From contig OZ244252.1 in assembly GCA_965217185.1 (NCBI GenBank), positions 32,001 through 96,000 of the forward strand: a DNA stretch of 64,000 bases, read 5' to 3'. The DNA comes from an uncultured Candidatus Entotheonella sp. GTDB lineage: Bacteria > Tectomicrobia > Entotheonellia > Entotheonellales > Entotheonellaceae. The translations under genes were made by a program, and so were the position numbers. Positions 55,629-64,000 of this stretch are shown here, piece after piece; position 1 is the first letter of the stretch; each line of letters begins with the position of its first letter. Under the pieces are notes generated by a model. That model searched no databases and was not told the DNA's origin. It saw nothing but the letters and a program-made list of their open reading frames with translations.

Positions 55629-57029
55629 TCAGGCGGCTTTGGCGCCGTGATTGGCGACGTAGTCCACGAGAATATATTCCCCCAAGTTGTTGGGAGAGGC
55701 GAAGAAGGCCCGCCCGCGGTTGACCTTGGTCAGTTCGCTCACAAAACGCCTCATGGGGCCGTTCTCTCCGAGCATGAAGGTGTTGATGGTGATCCCGCGG
55801 CGCGTACAGCGTTTCGCCTCCTTCAGTGTTGCCGTCAAGGTTTGCGGCGATGGCGGGTATTCCAGGCAGATGTTGCGGCCGCGGATATGAGCGGTAGGCT
55901 CGCCGTCCGTTATCAGGATGACCTGCTGGTTTCCGGTGCGCTGTTGGTTGAAGAGCCGCCCGGCCACTTGCAGCCCCGCCTGGATGTTGGTGAAGGCCGT
56001 CGGGACACCGGCTTGGCCGCTCGCGGCCTCGGCGGCGTCGACCTGTACATTTACGAACCCCAGCGGATTGCGGTACATGCTGCGGTAAAAATGGGGAAAG
56101 AAACCCAACGGTTTGGGAGACAAGGAGGGGATGTCGGCCAATTGCAATTCCTGGGCGTACGTGCAGAACCCGACGACGTGCAACTGGTCACGCGGGAACT
56201 GGGTGCGGATCAGGGCATCGAGGGCCAGGGCAACCCGCTTGGCCGCGGTGAAGCGGCCGTAGCGAGCCATCGAGCCGCTCATGTCAAGCAGCAGTACCGT
56301 GGTGCAGCGGACCGCGGACTCGGTGTCGTGGACCTCGAAGTCTTGTGGTGTCAAGCGAATCGATGTCCGCCCATCGGTGCGTTGCACGGCATTCATGATC
56401 GTCCGTCCCAGGTTGATCGCAAAAGCATCGCCAAACTGATAGGGCCGGCTGTCTTCCAACCGTTCGCCACCCACCCCGTTCCGTCGTATGGCATGCCCGC
56501 CGAACGAGCTGCGACGCAGGGAGGAAAAGACATCCAGCATGGCGCGCTGGGCAATGCGGCGGATGCCTCGCGCCGTCAGTTCGAGCCGGGTTCCGTTGCG
56601 CTCTACGTACCGCTCCAGGCCTTTGGTCAGTTCCTTGAATACGCACACTTGACGCCGCGCTTCATTTCCCATTATCCTTTCAACCAGATCGTCGTCGATG
56701 GTATCCGTATCGCTGCCCCAGAAAACGCCGTCCAGCATCCTATCAAGTCTTTCCACTTCTATGAGCCACCAGTTCTGCACCATATCCTCTGAGTCATACT
56801 CAGCCAGTGCCTGTTGCCGCATGTCGAACAGCCGGTCGCGGATGTCCCGCAAACCCGGCATGGAGCGTCCTCGTCGATCGGTGAAACCTTGCTGTATCAG
56901 AAGTCGTAGGGCCTTCCGCAGATCGCCGTGTTCAATGATTGAATCGGCCATGCCATCAAGCGCGTCTTCGGGATCGGGATGGAGACAACCGAGGGAGTCA
57001 TTCCAGGCGGAGTAGCGATAGCGCCGCAT
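55629..57029 (-). CDS. VWA domain protein
   Basis: MIDAS DMSGS, TNIQAGL, ILITDGEPTAH. Confidence 0.85.
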   Translation of the reverse strand: MRRYRYSAWNDSLGCLHPDPEDALDGMADSIIEHGDLRKALRLLIQQGFTDRRGRSMPGLRDIRDRLFDMRQQALAEYDSEDMVQNWWLIEVERLDRMLDGVFWGSDTDTIDDDLVERIMGNEARRQVCVFKELTKGLERYVERNGTRLELTARGIRRIAQRAMLDVFSSLRRSSFGGHAIRRNGVGGERLEDSRPYQFGDAFAINLGRTIMNAVQRTDGRTSIRLTPQDFEVHDTESAVRCTTVLLLDMSGSMARYGRFTAAKRVALALDALIRTQFPRDQLHVVGFCTYAQELQLADIPSLSPKPLGFFPHFYRSMYRNPLGFVNVQVDAAEAASGQAGVPTAFTNIQAGLQVAGRLFNQQRTGNQQVILITDGEPTAHIRGRNICLEYPPSPQTLTATLKEAKRCTRRGITINTFMLGENGPMRRFVSELTKVNRGRAFFASPNNLGEYILVDYVANHGAKAA

Positions 57030-57260
57030 GCTGCTGGGGCACCTTTGAGCCAAGACCATACACCAGAGTGAGGTTCTTCGTGTCAAACGGACGCACATTT
57101 TGGCCGTTGCACCCGCCGAAGTCAACCTGCGCCCCGATTATGGCGTCATTGACACGAATTCGTTAAAGTTTCTAGGTGTTTGAGTTGACAGGTCTTATAT
57201 TATTTCGGGTTTGTCGTTCCTGCTCTTGTAGTCCTGTAGACGTTTCATGGAGAACGTGAG

Positions 57261-57560
57261 ATGAAAAGTGCCCTTGAATTGGCGATGCAAAAGGTAAACG
57301 CTCGCCAGGACCGGCCGCCTGTAGCGTCGCTGACGGAGGACCAGCGTCGTGAAATTGGCGAGTTGCGCAAGCAGTACGAGGCAAAGATCGCTGAAAAAGA
57401 GATCATGATGCAGGCCGAGATACGCCGTTTGGTGCGTGGACGGCCGCCACAGGAAGCCGCAGCAAAGGTTCCCGAGCTTCAGGCCCAGTTTCAGGAGAGC
57501 AAGAAGGCGTTCCAGGAAGAGTTGGAAGCTAAGGTCTCGGCGCTCCGAGACGCGTCATAG
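57261..57560 (+). CDS. hypothetical coiled-coil protein
   Basis: MKSALELAMQK start, RBS GGAG. Confidence 0.7.
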   Translation: MKSALELAMQKVNARQDRPPVASLTEDQRREIGELRKQYEAKIAEKEIMMQAEIRRLVRGRPPQEAAAKVPELQAQFQESKKAFQEELEAKVSALRDAS

Positions 57561-57570
57561 GAGAGAAGAC

Positions 57571-59874
57571 TTGGCAGAGCAACAACCTTCAGGGCCAAAG
57601 CGGCGTTGGGTTTGGTGGGTGTTTGCTTGTCTGGCGGTGCTAGTTTGTTTGTCGCCCATCGATTCACAGGCGGCTCAGGGGCGACATGCCGACAAGCTGT
57701 TCCCGATGCCCAAGTCGCTGAAGCCCAACGTGGACTTCTGGATACACGTCTTTGCCAGACTGGAGGGCGGCTCTGGCGTCCTGCATGACGACGAAGATAT
57801 GGGCATTATCTATCAGACGTTATACGACTTGCCGCGTGACAAGGAACGTCGCAGGAGCCTGATCAGGCGGAAGCGTGATTATTACAAAGGCATTCTGGAA
57901 CGACTGGCGCGCGGCAAGCGTCGAGGGTTGACACGCGACGAGCGGCGTGTCCTGGCGATGTTTGAGGGCAGGCAGACCGCGGCGGCGTTTCGCAAGGCAG
58001 CCGAGCAGGTGCGTTTTCAAGGCGGTATACGGGAGGCGTTCAAGGCGGGCTTGGTGCGTTCGGGGGCGTATCTGCCGATAATCGAGCCGATTTTTAAACG
58101 CGCGGGTCTGCCGAAAGAATTGGTCCTGCTGCCTCACGTCGAGTCGTCCTTTCGCAACGATGCGCGTTCCAAATCCGGTGCCGCGGGCATCTGGCAGTTC
58201 ATGCCGTCCACAGGCCGCCGGTTCCTGAGGGTCAACAGTAGGGTGGACGAACGCCACGACGTTCGGCTGGCGACTATTGCGGCCACCAAACTGTTGAAGG
58301 AGAATTACAGCCTTCTGGGCACTTGGCCCTTGGCGATCACGGCCTACAATCACGGCGCCTGGGGCATGAAGAAGGCGGTGGCGAAGACGGGCACGAAGGA
58401 CATTGGCAAGATTGTGCGGCGTTACCGTGGACGCACGTTCGGCTTCGCATCGCGCAATTTCTATGCCGAGTTTCTTGCCGCGGTTCACGTAGTAAGGAAT
58501 TATGAGCGGTACTTTGGTTCTATCCGGTTTGCCGAGCCTTCGATAAAGCCCGTTCGGCCGCAGCATTACCGGGTGCAGCGGGGAGATTCACTGCGGCGGA
58601 TCGCCAAGCGTTTCAATACAACTGTCAGCGCCTTGGCGGCCCTGAATAACCTGGAGCGACTGCACCTGATTCAGGTTGGCCAGATATTACGTATCCCGGT
58701 AAAGCATGATCGTTACCGGGTCCGTCGCGGCGACACGCTGGGGCGCATTGCCAAACGCTTTGGCACCACCGTCGACAGGCTGGTCGCCATGAACAACATG
58801 GACCAGGCGCATTTCATCAAGCCGGATCAGGTGCTGCGCGTGCCGGCGGGACGAATGGCAGCGGCGCCAGCCGTTGACGAGCCGGTGCAGCCGCAGAAAC
58901 CTCGGCACTACCGGGTCCGTCGCGGCGACACGCTGGGGCGCATTGCCAAACGCTTTGGCACCACCGTCGACAGGCTGGTCGCCATGAACAACATGGACCA
59001 GGCGCATTTCATCAAGCCGGATCAGGTGCTGCGCGTGCCGGCGGGACGAATGGCAGCGGCGCCAGCCGTTGACGAGCCGGTGCAACCTCAGGAACCTCGG
59101 CACTACCGGGTCCGTCGTGGCGACACGCTGGGGCGCATTGCCAAACGCTTTGGCACCACTGTGGACACGCTGGTCGCCATGAACAACATGGACCAGGCGC
59201 ATTTCATCAAGCCGGGTCAGGTGCTGCGCGTGCCGGCGGGACGAATGGCAGCGTCGCCAGTCGTTGACGAGCCGGTGCAGCCGCAGAAACCTCGGCACTA
59301 CCGGGTCCGTCGTGGCGACACGCTGGGGCGCATTGCCAAACGCTTTGGCACGACCGTCGACACACTGGTTGCCATGAACGGCATGGACCAGGCGCATTTC
59401 ATCAAGCCGGGTCAAGTTCTGCGCGTGGCGGGCGGGCGAACGGCAGCGTCGCCAGTTGTTCACGAGCCAGTGCAGCCGCAGAGGCCGCAGCGCTACCGAG
59501 TGCGGCCCGGTGACTCTCTGAGCGTCATTGCGGCGCGTTTCAACACCACCGTGGCGACACTGGCGATGGTGAACGGATTGTCCAAGTCCTACCTCATCAA
59601 GCCGGGGCAAGTTCTCGACGTGGCGCAACCGATGCCGCTGCGGCGCTACCAGGTGAGACGAGGCGACACGCTTGGGCGGGTGGCAAAGCGTTTCCGCACC
59701 ACCGTGGCGATGTTGGCGGCGCTCAATGGTCTGCGAAAACCCTATTTGATCAGGGCCGGTCAGACTCTCGTCATCCCGCAACTCCGTTCTCAGCACCCGG
59801 ACGACAGCACCGTCACCGGGATGCGTTTTCCCGGTGAAGACTTGCGGGTAGGTCTTTGGGTGGCCGCGGCATGA
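57571..59874 (+). CDS. MltD-like lytic transglycosylase with seven LysM domains
   Basis: VESSF, GAAGIWQFM, AITAYNHG; 7 x YRVxxGD(T/S)LxxIAxRF. Confidence 0.93.
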   Translation: MAEQQPSGPKRRWVWWVFACLAVLVCLSPIDSQAAQGRHADKLFPMPKSLKPNVDFWIHVFARLEGGSGVLHDDEDMGIIYQTLYDLPRDKERRRSLIRRKRDYYKGILERLARGKRRGLTRDERRVLAMFEGRQTAAAFRKAAEQVRFQGGIREAFKAGLVRSGAYLPIIEPIFKRAGLPKELVLLPHVESSFRNDARSKSGAAGIWQFMPSTGRRFLRVNSRVDERHDVRLATIAATKLLKENYSLLGTWPLAITAYNHGAWGMKKAVAKTGTKDIGKIVRRYRGRTFGFASRNFYAEFLAAVHVVRNYERYFGSIRFAEPSIKPVRPQHYRVQRGDSLRRIAKRFNTTVSALAALNNLERLHLIQVGQILRIPVKHDRYRVRRGDTLGRIAKRFGTTVDRLVAMNNMDQAHFIKPDQVLRVPAGRMAAAPAVDEPVQPQKPRHYRVRRGDTLGRIAKRFGTTVDRLVAMNNMDQAHFIKPDQVLRVPAGRMAAAPAVDEPVQPQEPRHYRVRRGDTLGRIAKRFGTTVDTLVAMNNMDQAHFIKPGQVLRVPAGRMAASPVVDEPVQPQKPRHYRVRRGDTLGRIAKRFGTTVDTLVAMNGMDQAHFIKPGQVLRVAGGRTAASPVVHEPVQPQRPQRYRVRPGDSLSVIAARFNTTVATLAMVNGLSKSYLIKPGQVLDVAQPMPLRRYQVRRGDTLGRVAKRFRTTVAMLAALNGLRKPYLIRAGQTLVIPQLRSQHPDDSTVTGMRFPGEDLRVGLWVAAA
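58714..59493 (+). repeat. four near-identical 195-bp tandem units (LysM + Pro-rich linker)
   Basis: Units start at 58714, 58909, 59104, 59299. Confidence 0.95.
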
Positions 59875-60902
59875 CGGCGGTACTTGATCCGCCGAGCCGA
59901 CAGTGGGGTGTGAGTTATTTCGGGGTCCGAAATCCGCAGCATTTTCAACGAGATCTCGACGACATTGCCCGCCTCGGCTTTACCTACATCGTCTTTACCT
60001 TTTCCGAAAACGACCATCGGTTTTACCAAGGCAGCGTGGCCGATTGCGTGCGGCTGACCCAAGAGCGGGGTTTGCAAGCTTACGTTGATCCGTGGGGCGT
60101 GGGCGGCATGTTCGGAGGTGAGGCGTTCACGGAGCGCGGCGCATGGGACCTCGAGGGCCAGCAGCGCCGCAGCGATGGCCGACCCTTGCCGCTTCTGTGC
60201 CCCAATTCGGACGAAGCGAGAACATATCTTGTCCGGTGGGTCGACACGGTGGCGACCGTTTTGCAGGCCGACGCCATTTTCTGGGATGAGCCGCATTTTT
60301 ACCTGCCGTTCGGCGAGGCGCGTGCCCAAGGTCTGTGGGCCTGCTGCTGCAAGCGTTGCAAAGAGCGCTTCACGTCTGCTTATGGCAGGCCATTGCCCTG
60401 CACGGAAACACCTGACGTGCGGCATGCCAAGCAGGCCGCCATCGCCGATTTTCTCGGTGATATGACGACGGTGGCCGGCGAGAAGGGCTTGCGTAACATC
60501 GTCTGCCTGCTTATCGATCCCGATACCCTGGACGATCTGGAATCAAAATGGGAGCCGTATGCGGCGATGGCTCACATCGACGTGTTAGCGGCCGATCCGT
60601 ATCCGCTTTTTTATGGCCGTGACATCGCCACGACGCAGGTATTTTGCGAGGCGCTGCAGCATCTCGGCAACCGCTACGGTAAGGCGATTCAGATGTGGGT
60701 ACAAGGTTTTCGCGTGCCGCAGAACGCGGCGTCTTTGCTGGGGCAAGAGATGCGCCTGATGGCGGCGTGTGGCATTCGTGATATCGCCATGTGGAGCTAT
60801 CTGGCAACCGCCTTTATGTCGTCCCACGCCTGTGCCCAGCCTGAGCAGGTGTGGCAGGTGTTCACGCAGACGATGGCCGAACTGAGCGCTGGAGAGGAAT
60901 AA
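59871..60902 (+). CDS. hypothetical TIM-barrel glycoside hydrolase-like protein
   Basis: RDLDDIARLGF, IFWDEPH, CCCKRC, DPYP; ATGA-coupled to the mltD-like gene. Confidence 0.6.
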   Translation: MTAVLDPPSRQWGVSYFGVRNPQHFQRDLDDIARLGFTYIVFTFSENDHRFYQGSVADCVRLTQERGLQAYVDPWGVGGMFGGEAFTERGAWDLEGQQRRSDGRPLPLLCPNSDEARTYLVRWVDTVATVLQADAIFWDEPHFYLPFGEARAQGLWACCCKRCKERFTSAYGRPLPCTETPDVRHAKQAAIADFLGDMTTVAGEKGLRNIVCLLIDPDTLDDLESKWEPYAAMAHIDVLAADPYPLFYGRDIATTQVFCEALQHLGNRYGKAIQMWVQGFRVPQNAASLLGQEMRLMAACGIRDIAMWSYLATAFMSSHACAQPEQVWQVFTQTMAELSAGEE

Positions 60903-60905
60903 ACG

Positions 60906-62267
60906 ATGCGAGTGGAACCGAACCCAGCCTCGGACGGCACGTCCTACCGCGCCTGGTTTCAGTGCATCGCGGGCTGTCCCGAGCAATACAGCCTGAAAGA
61001 CGTCATCTACCGGTGCCCACGCTGTGGCAACCTCCTGGAGGTGCGCCACGACCTGGACCGTCTGCGGCAGCGCACCCCGGACGACTGGAAAGAGATATTC
61101 GACAAGCGGTATCTGCGCACCCAATGGCCCTACGGCAGCGGTGTCTGGGGCAAGCATGAGTGGGTTTGCCCAGACGTTACGGCCGGCAACGTCGTGTCCA
61201 CCTTCGAGGGCGGCACCAACCTGTTCTGGGCCGAGCGGCTGGGAAAACAAATCGGGGTGCCCAACCTGTGGATCAAGCAGTGCGGCAACAGCCATACCGG
61301 GTCGTTCAAGGACCTGGGCATGACGGTGCTGGTGTCGATGGTGCGGCAGATGATCGCGGAGGGCAAAGACATTCCGGCGGTGGCGTGCGCCTCAACCGGC
61401 GATACCTCCGCGTCGCTGGCGGCATACTGCGCCGTCGCCGGTCTGCAGGCCATCGTTTTCCTCCCCAAGGGCAAAGTATCCAACGCCCAACTGATTCAGC
61501 CCATTGCCCACGGCGCTTTGACGCTGTCGCTGGATACGGACTTCGACGGTTGTATGGCGATCGTTCAGGAAGTTTGTTCGCGCCACAACATCTACCTCGC
61601 CAATTCGATGAATTCCTTGCGCATCGAGGGGCAGAAGACCATTAGCATCGAGCTTGTGCAGCAGTTCGACTGGGAGGTGCCGGATTGGGTCATCATTCCA
61701 GGCGGCAATCTCGGCAACGTGAGCGCCTTGGGGAAAGGCTTCATGATGATGCGCGAGTTGGGATTGATCTCGAAACTGCCGCGCATCGCTTGTGCCCAGG
61801 CGCAACGCGCCAATCCCCTGTATCTGAGCTATTTGAAGGGATTTGAAGACTTTCAGCCGATGCAGGCGAAGCCGACGCTGGCGAGCGCCATTCAGATCGG
61901 TCATCCGGTGAGCGTGCAGAAGGCTATCGCCACGTTGAGGGAATTCAACGGCGTGGTGGAGCAGGCGACCGAAGACGAGTTGGCCAATGCGTCGGCGTGG
62001 TCGGACCGCACGGGATTATTTAATTGCCCCCACACCGGCGTGGCGTTGGCCGCCCTGTTCAAACTTGCGCAGAGAGGCGACATCAACAAGGACGACCGGG
62101 TCGTAGTCATTTCCACGGCCAACGGCCTGAAATTTCCCGAATTCAAGATTCGCTACCACGAATCCCGCCTTGCCGACGTGAGTTCCCGCCACACCAACCT
62201 GCCTGTGGACCTCCCGGCTACGTATGACGCGGTACGGGAGGCCATTATGCGGGTGTTCGACCGTTAA
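60906..62267 (+). CDS. thrC: threonine synthase
   Basis: [39 protein letters not shown]. Confidence 0.95.
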   Translation: MRVEPNPASDGTSYRAWFQCIAGCPEQYSLKDVIYRCPRCGNLLEVRHDLDRLRQRTPDDWKEIFDKRYLRTQWPYGSGVWGKHEWVCPDVTAGNVVSTFEGGTNLFWAERLGKQIGVPNLWIKQCGNSHTGSFKDLGMTVLVSMVRQMIAEGKDIPAVACASTGDTSASLAAYCAVAGLQAIVFLPKGKVSNAQLIQPIAHGALTLSLDTDFDGCMAIVQEVCSRHNIYLANSMNSLRIEGQKTISIELVQQFDWEVPDWVIIPGGNLGNVSALGKGFMMMRELGLISKLPRIACAQAQRANPLYLSYLKGFEDFQPMQAKPTLASAIQIGHPVSVQKAIATLREFNGVVEQATEDELANASAWSDRTGLFNCPHTGVALAALFKLAQRGDINKDDRVVVISTANGLKFPEFKIRYHESRLADVSSRHTNLPVDLPATYDAVREAIMRVFDR

Positions 62268-62283
62268 ACGCCGCACAATCCTA

Positions 62284-63603
<1,320 letters not shown>

Positions 63604-63841
63604 AATAAGTTGTCTCCTTTTGTCTATCGTCTTGGAAGTCGAGTTGTAAATTCGGGGAAACGTGCGTTGCGCGTTGCGATACACCTGAGATGCAGGAGCG
63701 TTATCAGACGCTGTTTGGTAGGCGGAAGCGCTGATGATATGCGAAATGCCGCGTGTTTGCAAACCATGCCCGGCGCCGTCTAGGGTGCAGTTGGTTACTC
63801 GACGAGCCCGTCAGCTTACGAAGAATTCTCGAGGGGGAACC

Positions 63842-64000
63842 ATGGATTTCACGCTTGACGATACCCAACGGCAGTTGCAAACGACGATGCGGCGTTTCGT
63901 GGACAACGAGGTCATCCCGGTTGCCAGCGAGTACGAGCACGCCGACGCCTACCCCGACCCCATGGTCAAGCAAATGGCGGAGATGGGTCTGTTCGGCTGT
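63842..64000 (+). CDS. acyl-CoA dehydrogenase, N-terminal fragment (runs off window)
   Basis: MDFTLDDTQRQL...RRFVDNEVIP...MAEMGLFG. Confidence 0.85.
   Translation, partial: MDFTLDDTQRQLQTTMRRFVDNEVIPVASEYEHADAYPDPMVKQMAEMGLFGC

Overview
GC-rich bacterial chromosomal window of about 55 genes. The gene mix (PQQ and F420-type oxidoreductases, SorT, JDVT-CTERM sorting, many REP-like palindromes) loosely recalls Tectomicrobia/Entotheonella-like organisms, but taxonomy cannot be established from this window. Intact housekeeping genes include ileS, menA/B/G, thiI, trxA, pdhABC, purA, mtaB, thrB, tRNA-Leu(GAG), secG, tpiA, an mltD-like gene, thrC and ino1. There are two decaying accessory blocks. 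(1) About 1-8.3 kb: a peptide ABC operon with an amber stop, a lost start codon and a frameshift, split by an IS607 element at a GG core. The element encodes a serine recombinase TnpA and an atypical TnpB (RuvC-III Asp replaced by His, no Zn ribbon). A broken low-GC PIN module follows, and the whole block separates two divergent acyl-CoA carboxylase genes. (2) About 26.6-32.8 kb: an IS66 without target duplication joins two 5'-truncated surface-protein genes, an IS5/IS1182-like element (TSD CACC) interrupts a JDVT-CTERM Ig-like protein, and the likely CAAX-type sorting protease lies nearby. The best leads are the atypical IS607 TnpB with a readable TAM/guide, an IleRS2 with GVHH/AMHKS motifs, a cis-CaaD-like tautomerase paired with a non-catalytic paralog, and a REP doublet that supplies the menG start. 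No CRISPR array was found. All family calls come from motif recognition by eye; no database searches were run.
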